Below are positions 9,503 through 19,012 of a stretch of 64,000 nt of DNA, piece after piece; within the stretch, counting starts at the first letter, position 1; every line of letters begins with the position of its first letter. The notes beneath the pieces are model-generated. The model was not told where the DNA came from, searched no databases, and saw nothing but the letters and a program-made list of their open reading frames with translations. This DNA comes from a bacterium (GTDB lineage: Bacteria > Orphanbacterota > Orphanbacteria > Orphanbacterales > Orphanbacteraceae). Location of the stretch: assembly GCA_025782575.1 (NCBI GenBank), contig JALGYY010000035.1:340670-404669 (forward strand). Reading direction: 5' to 3'. The position numbers and the translations under genes are program-made.

Positions 9503-11920
9503 ATGGCGTATCCGTTCGCGGAGATCGAAAAGAAGTGGCAGGACCGCTGGGAAAAGACCGGCGCCCACCGGCCGGATATGGAAGAAGCGAAAAAGCCCTT
9601 CTACAATCTCATGATGTTTCCCTACCCTTCAGCCGAGGGGCTTCATGTAGGGAATTTCTTCGCGTTTACAGGATCCGATATTCAGGGGCGGTTTCACCGG
9701 ATGCTCGGGTATGACGTGTTCGAACCGATCGGCTTTGACGCCTTCGGGATTCATAGCGAGAACTATGCGATCAAGGTCGGCCTCCACCCCTCGGAACTCG
9801 TTCCACGAAACATCAGGAATTTTCGAGACAATCAGCTGAAACGAATGGGATCGATGTTCGACTGGTCCCGCCAGATCGATACTACGGATCCTAAGTATTA
9901 TAAATGGACACAGTGGATCTTCACGACTCTTCTGAAGAAGGGGCTCGCCGAGCGAAAGAGCGGTCCGGTGAACTGGTGTCCCTCATGCAAAACCGTACTC
10001 GCCAACGAACAGGTGATCGACGGGGAGTGCGAACGCTGTGCAAGTGAAGTGGTGCAGCGCGAGATGGCGCAGTGGTACTTCAAGATCACGAACTACTCCG
10101 CCCGGTTATTGGAGAACCTGGACAAGATCGACTGGTCGCCGCTTACAATGAACGCGCAGAAGCGCTGGATCGGCCGGAGCGAAGGGGCCGAAGTCCGCTT
10201 TCCGATCGCGGGCAGAAGAGATGCGCTCGAAGTATTTACGACGCGGCCCGATACGATTTTCGGCGCCACCTATATGGTCATCGCGCCGGAACATCCGCTG
10301 CTCGATGAGCTGACTACCGATTCCCAGCGGAGCGAAGTGGAAGCGTATCGTGACCAGGCGGGCAAACGGAACGCCCGCGATCGCATGGATACTGGGCGAG
10401 AGAAGACAGGCGTCGCTACCGGATCGAACTGCATCAACCCTGCCACGAACGAAGAGATCCCGATCTGGGTGAGCGACTATGTGCTGATCACTTACGGCAC
10501 GGGAGCGATCATGGCGGTGCCGGCGCACGACCAACGTGACTTCGAGTTCGCTACCAAGTTCGGACTCCCCATTCGCCAGGTGATCGAACCGGCCGAGGGT
10601 GCGGACGGGAGCAGACTGGAATCCGCTTACACTGATGAAGGAGTGATGATCTCGTCCGGCCGGTTCGACGGGATGCCGTCATTGGAAGCGATAGGGAAGA
10701 CTACCGAGTGGCTCGAACAGGAGGGGAGAGGCAAAAAAGCGATTCAGTTCCGCCTGCATGACTGGTGCGTCTCCCGCCAGCGATATTGGGGACCACCTAT
10801 TCCGGTCATCCATTGTGAGCAGTGCGGTCCTATACCTGTGCCTGACAAAGACCTTCCGGTTCTTCTTCCTGTAACCGACGACTACCAGCCTGACGATTCC
10901 GGATTATCGCCTCTTGCGCGGATCGAGTCGTTCATGAAAACGACCTGTCCGGAGTGCGGCAAAACAGCAAGACGAGACGGCGATGTGCTCGACAATTTTC
11001 TGGATTCGGCCTGGTATTTCCTGCGCTACCCGTCGACCGACAGGAACGACATTCCCATGGACCCGGCCCGCACCAGGAAGTGGCTCCCTGTCGATCTCTA
11101 TATCGGCGGAAACGAGCATGCCGTGCTTCACCTCATGTACACCCGGTTCATCTGCATGGCCCTTCACGATCTCGGCTATCTTGATTTCGAAGAACCGTTT
11201 CATCGATTTCGCGCCCACGGCATGATCATCAAAGACGGCGCCAAGATGAGCAAGTCTCGGGGGAACGTTGTGAACCCGGACAGCTTCATCGACCGGTTCG
11301 GAGCGGACACGTTCCGGATGTACCTGATGTTTCTAGGACCCTATATGGAGGGGGGGGACTTTCAGGACGACGGAATTATCGGCATTCATCGTTTCATGGA
11401 CCGCACCTGGAAGCTATTTTCCAACTGGCAGGAAAAAGAGGGGGCCGAGCCCTCCCGGGAGACTCAGTCCGAACTCCACCGGGTGCTCGCCAAAGTGACG
11501 GAAGATACGCGGGAACTGAAGTATAACACCGCCATTGCGGCCCTGATGGAGCTCCTGACAGCCCTCAGGAGGGAGAAAAGCCTGGATCGGGCGACTCTGG
11601 AGGCCTATCTGCAGCTATTGGCCCCCTACGCGCCCCATATGGCCGAGGAGCTGTACGAGAAGCTCGGTAATGAGCGTTCGATATTCGAATCCACGCTCCC
11701 CGAGGCCGACCTATCGAAGATCGTCCGTGATCTCGTCACGATGGCGGTTCAGGTTGGTGGAAAGATGCGCGGCACTATTGAAACGCCCCCGGGAACGCCC
11801 GAAGAGGAGGTCCGGGAGCTTGTCAAAACTGATCCCCAGATCGCCAAACACCTCGAAGGGAAAACGGTCGTCAAATGGATCGTCGTGCCGGACAGAATCG
11901 TCAATATCGTAGTTCGGTGA
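9503..11920 (+). CDS. leuS: leucyl-tRNA synthetase
   Basis: MFPYPS..LHVGN (HIGH), FTTRPDT, GTGAIMAVPAHD and KMSKS. Confidence 0.98.
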   Translation: MAYPFAEIEKKWQDRWEKTGAHRPDMEEAKKPFYNLMMFPYPSAEGLHVGNFFAFTGSDIQGRFHRMLGYDVFEPIGFDAFGIHSENYAIKVGLHPSELVPRNIRNFRDNQLKRMGSMFDWSRQIDTTDPKYYKWTQWIFTTLLKKGLAERKSGPVNWCPSCKTVLANEQVIDGECERCASEVVQREMAQWYFKITNYSARLLENLDKIDWSPLTMNAQKRWIGRSEGAEVRFPIAGRRDALEVFTTRPDTIFGATYMVIAPEHPLLDELTTDSQRSEVEAYRDQAGKRNARDRMDTGREKTGVATGSNCINPATNEEIPIWVSDYVLITYGTGAIMAVPAHDQRDFEFATKFGLPIRQVIEPAEGADGSRLESAYTDEGVMISSGRFDGMPSLEAIGKTTEWLEQEGRGKKAIQFRLHDWCVSRQRYWGPPIPVIHCEQCGPIPVPDKDLPVLLPVTDDYQPDDSGLSPLARIESFMKTTCPECGKTARRDGDVLDNFLDSAWYFLRYPSTDRNDIPMDPARTRKWLPVDLYIGGNEHAVLHLMYTRFICMALHDLGYLDFEEPFHRFRAHGMIIKDGAKMSKSRGNVVNPDSFIDRFGADTFRMYLMFLGPYMEGGDFQDDGIIGIHRFMDRTWKLFSNWQEKEGAEPSRETQSELHRVLAKVTEDTRELKYNTAIAALMELLTALRREKSLDRATLEAYLQLLAPYAPHMAEELYEKLGNERSIFESTLPEADLSKIVRDLVTMAVQVGGKMRGTIETPPGTPEEEVRELVKTDPQIAKHLEGKTVVKWIVVPDRIVNIVVR

Positions 11921-12157
11921 GGGGGCTAGGGCGTCTGAGATTGAGCGATACTTGTCGAGTGTCGGGTCCATGTAAAAACCAACTGACCGGACGCTGCTCG
12001 CCCAGGATCATCCCTGAGAAAACATATGCCGGCGGGGACAGGGTTCCTTGGTTAATCCTGTATTTGAATTGCAGATCCACTAGTCATCCTTATTGTACTA
12101 TGCTATTATTTGCAGTGGTTTACTAACCTAACAGCCTCGGCAGGGAAGGAAACAACT

Positions 12158-13363
12158 ATGAAGACCATGGTTCTCGTGTTCGCTCTGCTCTCCGCAATAT
12201 GCGTCCTCAGCCCCCTTGCGGCTACGTACACTATCAACGACTCTGGGACAGGGGACTTCGCAACCATCCAGGACGCAGTCCTGAATATGGTCGCCAATGA
12301 CGTCTTGCTCTTGGAGGATGGCGTATACAGTGGTTTCAACAATCGCAACATTGTAACATCAGGCCTTCCAATCCGCATAGCCAGCCTGAACGGACCCGAT
12401 AACTGTACGCTCGATCTTCAGAACAACTATCTCGGATTCCTCTTTTTCAATGGAGAGGGTCCCGGCACCGTCATTGAGGGGATTACCTTTATCAACGGTT
12501 CGAGCAACAACGGTGGTGCTATCAATATCACCAACACGAGTCCGACAATTCGCGGCTGTGTGTTTCGCAACAATAACTCTTCTTTTGGTGGTGGTCTTTT
12601 CATGACTGGATCCAGCTCGCTTGTTGAGGACTGCCTTTTTGATTCCAATACGGGCGAATTCGGCGCTGGTATCAGCATCAATAGCAGTGGCGTCGCGACG
12701 ATCAGGAATTGCCGATTTGTTAATAATGATGGTTTTCCCCGTGGCGGAGGCATGCATATCTCCGGCTCCAACAGTTCGATAGTGGAGAACTGTGAGTTCT
12801 TCGACAATAACGCTACCGCTGGAGGCGCAGTCTTTGTAGCGGCCGCCTCAAATGAATTCCGTGATTGTCTTTTTGTCGGCAATTCGGCCGTGGCGAGCGG
12901 CGGCGCTCTTCATTTTAGAATATCGAATTCGCCGTCCGTCATTTCGTGCACGATTTACGATAATGAAGCAGGCGATTTCGGTTCTGGAGTTTTTTCCCGC
13001 GATGGAGCCTCGGTCTCGATCGAGAACACGATCATATCTTCCGGCCGAATCGCTGAAGCTGTGTACTGTTTCAATGGTGGGAGTGTTTCTCTGTCCTGCT
13101 CGAATGTGTTCGGTAATCCGGGCGGAGACTACGTCAGCTGCCTCGCCGGATTGGACGGGTCTTCGGGTAACTTTTCTCTGGATCCTGAATTCTGTGATGC
13201 GGTTGGCGATGACTTCACCCTTCACAGCGACTCCCCGTGTGCTCCAGGCAATCACCCGGACGGCGATCTCTGTGCGCTGATTGGTGCGCTTGATGTGGCG
13301 TGTGGGGCGACAACGGCTGTGGAGCAGACGAGTTGGGGCGAGGTGAAAGGGATGTTTCGGTAG
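12158..13363 (+). CDS. secreted right-handed parallel beta-helix repeat protein with C-terminal SWGEVK tail
   Basis: signal peptide, GDFATIQDAV, repeated GGG/GGA..CxFxxN units, DPEFC..SPC and C-terminal AVEQTSWGEVKGMFR. Confidence 0.85.
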   Translation: MKTMVLVFALLSAICVLSPLAATYTINDSGTGDFATIQDAVLNMVANDVLLLEDGVYSGFNNRNIVTSGLPIRIASLNGPDNCTLDLQNNYLGFLFFNGEGPGTVIEGITFINGSSNNGGAINITNTSPTIRGCVFRNNNSSFGGGLFMTGSSSLVEDCLFDSNTGEFGAGISINSSGVATIRNCRFVNNDGFPRGGGMHISGSNSSIVENCEFFDNNATAGGAVFVAAASNEFRDCLFVGNSAVASGGALHFRISNSPSVISCTIYDNEAGDFGSGVFSRDGASVSIENTIISSGRIAEAVYCFNGGSVSLSCSNVFGNPGGDYVSCLAGLDGSSGNFSLDPEFCDAVGDDFTLHSDSPCAPGNHPDGDLCALIGALDVACGATTAVEQTSWGEVKGMFR

Positions 13364-13955
13364 TCGAGGAGTATATTCACAAAGCTGCTTGACTGAGTGT
13401 TCGCGATAGCCGTTCAATTGTGTATTCCGATCGAGCACTCGTAAATCACATCACTTCACTCACTCGGGGCATACGCTCGTCGATCAGACCAGCCTGAGAC
13501 CAATTCTCATGACATAGGCATTCATGCGGGGGAGGGCCCCGTATGCCATCTACAGCCCATCGCCCGCATACCCAGCCGCTTATCCACTCCCTGTCCACAC
13601 CACTGCTAGGTTTACAGAATATAGATTCTACGACACTCACGGGATGTGGATAACCAGGCCCCGAATGTACTTAATGTAATACATGAGGCACAGAAAGCCG
13701 GCGCAGAAGCCGTTGAAGAGCCTCGGGACGGCCAAGAGGCGTTGGTTCCGCAGCACCGTGGCCAGGAATGGGCTGAAAGTACGCTTCTACCCGGTGGCGA
13801 CTACGGAGAAGCGCGCTGTCGTTGTGCACGATCGAGTCCTGGGGATCCGATCGGCCCCTATGACGGGACAAGAAAGACGCGGGAAGCCGGAGTCAACGCC
13901 CCCCGGAGCCCTCGATTCAATCAACTCCCGAAAGAGGAATCGGGACGAATAGTTG

Positions 13956-13998
13956 ACCGTTGAGTCGCTCTCAATTGAGAGTCAGGTTTACATAATCC
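13956..13998. repeat. direct repeat copy 1 (~43 bp) containing a hairpin and dif-like arm GGTTTACATAA
   Basis: ACCGTTGAGTCGCTCTCAATTGAGAGTCAGGTTTACATAATCC; near-identical to 14362-14405. Confidence 0.8.
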
Positions 13999-14361
13999 AG
14001 GTGGGAGAGAACGTTTTGTATCAGCGGCGGCCGGGAAAGCGGCCGTCCATCTGCATGCAATTGTCACCTAGCTGCTCACGGCATTCCCAAGGTCACTTGT
14101 GTATCTAATCATACGGTCCACGCCTTGGTCACGCAGCAAGCAGCCAGTCCCGGAGGCTGGCTTCGGCCTGCCCCATGACGGCGGATAAGAACCCGTCGAG
14201 ATCGGCGACCTTGACGCTTCGCCGATGCGGCTCGGTTCAGTCGACCTTCTGATTACGCTTGATCGATGAGCAGCCTAGTGGGCGGAGCCATGCGTGACGG
14301 ACCTCACCTCACTGAATTCTGAATGATCTAGTGGAGTCCGGATCATAACCAGGGCTGGTCT

Positions 14362-14405
14362 ACCGGTGAGTCGCTCCCAGCAAGGGAGTCAGGTTTATAT
14401 AATCC
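14362..14405. repeat. direct repeat copy 2 (~44 bp) containing a hairpin and dif-like arm GGTTTATATAA
   Basis: ACCGGTGAGTCGCTCCCAGCAAGGGAGTCAGGTTTATATAATCC. Confidence 0.8.
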
Positions 14406-14429
14406 GGACAGGATTTGTTCGGCCCCGAC

Positions 14430-14455
14430 AAAAAGCCCGGCTCCAGGGCCGGGCT
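14430..14455 (-). terminator. intrinsic terminator downstream of the TPR gene
   Basis: AGCCCGGC-N6-GCCGGGCT hairpin with a T-run on the minus strand. Confidence 0.65.
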
Positions 14456-14489
14456 GAATCGGACAATTGTGTGATCCGGCCCCAGTTCT

Positions 14490-15179
14490 TCAGCTGCCGT
14501 TGCCGAGTCCCCGTTCGATCCGGGCCTTCTGCCAGGCGAGCGTAGCGATGTCCATCGGATCAAGATCATCCTCGATCAGCTGACCGAGTGCGTCCCGTGC
14601 TTCGTCAAAGCGCTGCCCGTCTACCAGACACTGCACGGCCCGATAGGTCAGATGCGCTTTCGTTTCAGGCTCTTTACTGCGAGATGCGAGATCCAGATAG
14701 GACTGAGCAGCTTCGACAAGCTTGCCGTCACTCTCTTGGAGTGCCGCCACCCCGGATTTGGCCGCAAACCAGATCCGATCGCCCTCTTCACACTTCTCGA
14801 GAGCTTCCCGGTACTTACCGCCCGCATCGCCGTACCGTGCTGAATAATAGTAAGCATCAGCGCAAAGAAGCGCTGCGTAGCCGGCACCTTTATGTTTGGG
14901 ATGGGAATCGAGGAAAGTGCTGAGACGGAACGCGGCTTCCGGGTAGTTTCCTGTCTGGAATAGCCCCGCGCCCTCGCTCAGTTCGGCCGCAGCTTTATTC
15001 CTGGACGATATCTGGAATCGGGCGAATAGTGTACCCACAAGGATAATAGCAACCACTCCGCCTACCGTCAAGAGTACCTGCATCCGGTGTTCCTGGAAGT
15101 AATCGGCCGCGTGAAAAGCGGTCGTAACGAATTGATCTTCCTTCAGTTGACGCTTTGTGATCCGTTTAGTCGCGGCCAC
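14490..15179 (-). CDS. YfgM-like membrane-anchored tetratricopeptide repeat protein
   Basis: basic N-terminus RITKRQLKEDQF, one TM helix, then TPR-like helices. Confidence 0.8.
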   Translation of the reverse strand: MAATKRITKRQLKEDQFVTTAFHAADYFQEHRMQVLLTVGGVVAIILVGTLFARFQISSRNKAAAELSEGAGLFQTGNYPEAAFRLSTFLDSHPKHKGAGYAALLCADAYYYSARYGDAGGKYREALEKCEEGDRIWFAAKSGVAALQESDGKLVEAAQSYLDLASRSKEPETKAHLTYRAVQCLVDGQRFDEARDALGQLIEDDLDPMDIATLAWQKARIERGLGNGS

Positions 15180-15405
15180 GGTTCGATCTCTCCTTTCCGT
15201 TCAGACTCAAGCATTACAACTTAGCAGAGCGAGTCGAGCGGGGCAATAGTTTTGGCGTTTCTTCTGCACCATTTTCCGGTAAAGGGGGCAGCCGGATGCA
15301 GCCTCCCCCCTCATCCGCTCGTTTCGCCTGCTCCCCTCCGCAGGCTATTTGTCTTGACCGGTATATTTTTTACCACTACCATTTCGGCGCCGCGGAGGAC
15401 AGCCT

Positions 15406-17922
15406 ATGCAAGGGACACGGCTCCACCGAGATAGCCGTCTGGAGAGGGTATTGGTCGTCCTGGCCCCCCTTCTGCTCCTCTACGCCCTGATCAGCCTTCA
15501 CCGGCTTCCCGAGGCGCCCAGCCTGGGCCATCATCTTCGCCAGTTCACCATTACCGATGTGACGCCGGGCGGACCTGCCGATCGAGGGGATATTCGTAGC
15601 GGAGACGAAGTTCTTTCCGTTAACGGCGTCCCCAGGGAAAGAACAGTCGATCTCTTCGTTGCCTGGGGTGCGATCCGTCCGGGTGACTCGGTTCTTTACA
15701 CGATTACCAGGGACGGTGAAGTACTCGAGCGGGCCGTCACCGCCGAGGAGAAACTGGGGAACGAGCGCCTCTCGGTCATCCTACGCACGATTGTGGGCAT
15801 CTGTTTCGTAGCCCTTGGACTCATTGTCTACTGGAACCGTGCCGATCAGGTGGCCACACTCTTCTATCTGGCCGGCCTGGCGTTCGGATTCATGCTGATC
15901 GAACCTCCCCCCACTGCCAGCATTCCGCTTCAATTTCTCATCAAGATCGGGTCCGACTTCAGCATTCTGTTCGTCGCCCCCGTTTTTCTTCAGCTGTTTC
16001 TGAAGTTCCCGAGACGAAAGACGATCCCCCGTGCCCTCTTCCTGATCCGTCCCGTACAGATCGGCTCTATTCGCATGCGCTTTCCGCTCTACTGGATCAG
16101 CGCCATGATATTCGGATTGAGCCTGATACTGTCAGTTCAGCTCTTTTTCTCCGGCCTCACATGGAGCGCCCGCCTTCTTCTCTTCCAGACTTTGACGGCA
16201 CTTTATCTGCTCGTTTGTCTGCTTGCCGGGATCGCCGCATTCCTGCACAGCTATCTGACCACCAAGTCCCCCCAGATGAAGAAAAAACTTCGAGGAGTAG
16301 CAATCGGAACCACCATCGCTCTTCTCCCCATGGCAGCCACGAATGTCATCAAGATGATTCGGCCGGATACCGAGGTGCCCGGCGGAACCTATCTTATCCT
16401 GTTGGCCACCCTCCTCCCCCTCAGCTTCGGTCATGCGATCATTCGGTACGGTCTGCTCGACCTCGAGCTCATTATCAAGAGAAGTATTCTCTATACACTT
16501 CTCACGGCGTTTCTCGGTGCGACCTATGTCTTCCTGGTCGATCTGACCGGTGGACTCCTGAAAAGTTCGGGCGGGAACACGAGCCTTCCTGCCACACTTG
16601 TATCGCTGTTCTTGATCGCTCTCCTCTTCTCCCCCGTTCGGAACCGGATTCAGGACTGGGTGGATCGTACGTTTTACAGAGAGAAGTACCGCTATCGCCG
16701 CACACTTCATGAATTCAGCCGCGCCATTACGAGCATCCTGGATCTGGACAGGCTCGTTCAAGAATTGGTGGAGCGGATTTCAACCACTCTCCATGTACCC
16801 GACGTCGGGATCTTCATCAGTGATGATAATGGCCAACACCTGCTGCAAGCGGGAGCGGGCGCCGGTCGACCGCGCGGAACGATCGTCTTCGGCGAAGACG
16901 ACCATGTCATCCATCTCCTGAAAAAGAACCGCGAGGCATTCCCCATCGAACGAATTACGGACGGCGAGGGGACTTTCATCCTGCCTGACGAGGAAAAGGC
17001 CAAGCTTGAACAATTGGGGACCTCCCTTCTCATGCCGCTCATCTCAGGCGACCGTCTTGCCGGAATAGTATCTTTAGGACGAAAGCAATCAGGCGAATTC
17101 TACTCGGCGGAGGACAGGCAACTTTTGAACACCCTCGCGAACCAGGCCACACTGGCAATCGAAAATGCCAAGCTTCACAAGGAGACTCTCGAGAAGGAGA
17201 GGATGAAGCAGGAACTTCGCCTCGCCCGTGAGATTCAACTCCACTTTCTCCCTCCCGCTCCCCCCACTCTCCCCCATGTGGACGTGGCTGCTGTGAATGT
17301 GCCGTGCGAGGAAGTGGGGGGCGATTACTATGACTACGTGATTGGTGAAGACGGTTCGCTCGGCATCGTCGTGGGAGACGCGGTCGGGCATGGTGTAACG
17401 GCAGCCCTCCTCATGGCAAGCCTGCAGGCGACATTCCGGGCGGAAGCAAGATGCAGCCGATCTACATCGGAAACGATGATGGCGATCAACGAGGAGATGC
17501 ATGCCCGTACCGCATCCGGACGATTTGTCACGCTCTTCTACGGACGACTGGAGGCGGAAGGGGGTGTCTTTCGATACTCGAATGCCGGGCATAATCCGCC
17601 GGTTCTTGTCAGGCAGGATGGGAGTGTGGATAGCCTGGACGGCGCGGAACTGATCCTGGGCGTAGAGGGGACAACGGAATACAGAGAACACCTCGACCAC
17701 CTGGATTCGGGAGATCTCCTCCTGCTGTACACGGATGGTCTGACCGATGAACCGAATTCGCGGGATGAGTACTTCGGCGTCGACCGGGTGGTCGAAATTG
17801 CCAGAGAGAACCGGACGCGGTCCGCCTCGATCGTCGCCAACGCGATTTACCGGGAGGTCGTGACCTTCCTGGAGGAGCCCGTTTCCGATGACATCACGCT
17901 GCTCGTATTAAAGAAACGATAG
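15406..17922 (+). CDS. membrane PDZ-GAF-SpoIIE/RsbU (PP2C) phosphatase
   Basis: PDZ (GGPADRGDIRSGD), multiple TM helices, GAF, then VGGDYYD, DAVGHG, NAGHNPP, YTDG and DDIT. Confidence 0.92.
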   Translation: MQGTRLHRDSRLERVLVVLAPLLLLYALISLHRLPEAPSLGHHLRQFTITDVTPGGPADRGDIRSGDEVLSVNGVPRERTVDLFVAWGAIRPGDSVLYTITRDGEVLERAVTAEEKLGNERLSVILRTIVGICFVALGLIVYWNRADQVATLFYLAGLAFGFMLIEPPPTASIPLQFLIKIGSDFSILFVAPVFLQLFLKFPRRKTIPRALFLIRPVQIGSIRMRFPLYWISAMIFGLSLILSVQLFFSGLTWSARLLLFQTLTALYLLVCLLAGIAAFLHSYLTTKSPQMKKKLRGVAIGTTIALLPMAATNVIKMIRPDTEVPGGTYLILLATLLPLSFGHAIIRYGLLDLELIIKRSILYTLLTAFLGATYVFLVDLTGGLLKSSGGNTSLPATLVSLFLIALLFSPVRNRIQDWVDRTFYREKYRYRRTLHEFSRAITSILDLDRLVQELVERISTTLHVPDVGIFISDDNGQHLLQAGAGAGRPRGTIVFGEDDHVIHLLKKNREAFPIERITDGEGTFILPDEEKAKLEQLGTSLLMPLISGDRLAGIVSLGRKQSGEFYSAEDRQLLNTLANQATLAIENAKLHKETLEKERMKQELRLAREIQLHFLPPAPPTLPHVDVAAVNVPCEEVGGDYYDYVIGEDGSLGIVVGDAVGHGVTAALLMASLQATFRAEARCSRSTSETMMAINEEMHARTASGRFVTLFYGRLEAEGGVFRYSNAGHNPPVLVRQDGSVDSLDGAELILGVEGTTEYREHLDHLDSGDLLLLYTDGLTDEPNSRDEYFGVDRVVEIARENRTRSASIVANAIYREVVTFLEEPVSDDITLLVLKKR

Positions 17923-18078
17923 CCTGCCACGCTCAGAAGCAACCTGCTCCATTTCTGAACACTACCGGTAAGAAATCCCCCGATCGGTAAATTCACTTGC
18001 ACCCTTGTTGAACACCAAACCGAAATACAAATCCTGGCAACCGCCCCAATATCAACGCATTAGCGAATTCTGCTCATT

Positions 18079-18093
18079 TGGCATCGATTCTGC
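18079..18093 (+). promoter_or_regulatory. sigma54 -24/-12 promoter
   Basis: TGGCATCGATTCTGC (GG-N10-GC), intergenic, upstream of small ORFs. Confidence 0.6.
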
Positions 18094-18267
18094 GTAAATA
18101 CACCTCTACAGCAATGTTGTGGTGACCTCCTCCAGTTCCATTCCGGGACTCCGGCGGCACCACTGAAGCTGGCGCCCCCGGGCGCTTTCAGGAAGGGGTG
18201 ATGCCTATGTGTTCGGACGACGTTTCCTCGGATCTTCGAATTCCTTGCACCGGAGGTGACGTTCAAC

Positions 18268-18339
18268 ATGCTTATCAAACTGGCTCTGTCCCTTTTCACG
18301 TTCTGGGGAATCTCGGACATCTTTTACTGGATGCGGTGA
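18268..18339 (+). CDS. 23-aa hydrophobic small protein MLIKLALSLFTFWGISDIFYWMR
   Basis: translated by hand; strong GGAGGTGA RBS upstream of the ATG. Confidence 0.5.
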   Translation: MLIKLALSLFTFWGISDIFYWMR

Positions 18340-18375
18340 TTCTCGACGAAAGCTGAGCTTTCAGGAGGTCTTGCT

Positions 18376-18492
18376 GTGAAACTCATGACCACAACCGTGT
18401 TGATCGGAGTTCTCACGATTCTAGCGATAGGTGCGGAACTGATGGGCTGGTTCGGTATGGGATTGCCGGGCGAGCTGTCGGGCTTGTTCTAG
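18376..18492 (+). CDS. 38-aa single-TM small protein MKLMTTTVLIGVLTILAIGAELMGWFGMGLPGELSGLF
   Basis: translated by hand; AGGAGGT RBS upstream of the GTG start. Confidence 0.6.
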   Translation: MKLMTTTVLIGVLTILAIGAELMGWFGMGLPGELSGLF

Positions 18493-18597
18493 GACCTCCC
18501 GGACCGGCCGGGGGGGCCGCACTTCTGAAGAACCCCACACCCATGGGGTCTCCCCTGCCGGGTCGTTCTGCCGACCCCGTTCCCAGTCGATCGTCCG

Positions 18598-18837
18598 TCA
18601 GCCGTTATTCCGACTTTCGGCCTCCTCCTGACAGAGCGTCTCAATTCGAGAGAGTATCTTCCTGGCAACGCGAAGAGTGTGATCGACCGATTCGTCGGCG
18701 AGGCGAGTTGCCACACGAAGTGCCTCGACAGCCTCATCGAATCGACCAGCTTCCTTTAACTTCCTGTATCGGGACAAGTAGTCCGCCACTACTCGGCGGC
18801 GCCCCTCAAGTCCATATGGATCATCTTTCGGAATCAT
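18598..18837 (-). CDS. hypothetical helical protein
   Basis: 79 aa ORF with G-rich RBS and protein-like composition. Confidence 0.55.
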   Translation of the reverse strand: MIPKDDPYGLEGRRRVVADYLSRYRKLKEAGRFDEAVEALRVATRLADESVDHTLRVARKILSRIETLCQEEAESRNNG

Positions 18838-19012
18838 TCGTCCCCCCGATTGCCTCCGTATTCTTGCAAGGACCGGGCCCCTGTTCCCAGGGCCTGAAAG
18901 TCTCCCTACAGCCTCCCGTAATAAGAGGTTAGGCGATCCGCTCCGTGTGGATACTTTCGATTATCGGGGAATTTGACCCGACCTCGGGGCATTCACCCCC
19001 AGTCGGGACTAT

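Noticed and set aside
13646..13963. ORFs 13646-13963 and 13683-13952 as genes
   Set aside because: No recognisable motifs, weak RBS and mutually overlapping frames.
13956..14405. CRISPR array or integron attC array
   Set aside because: Only two copies about 400 bp apart, no cas or integrase gene, and no cassette ORF between them.
13364..14489. oriC
   Set aside because: Only one perfect DnaA box, no dnaA/dnaN/gidA nearby, and flanking genes converge rather than diverge.
18201..18356. 51-aa ORF MPMCSDDVSS... after the sigma54 promoter
   Set aside because: Overlaps the better-supported 23-aa ORF in another frame and has no recognisable features; not fully excluded.
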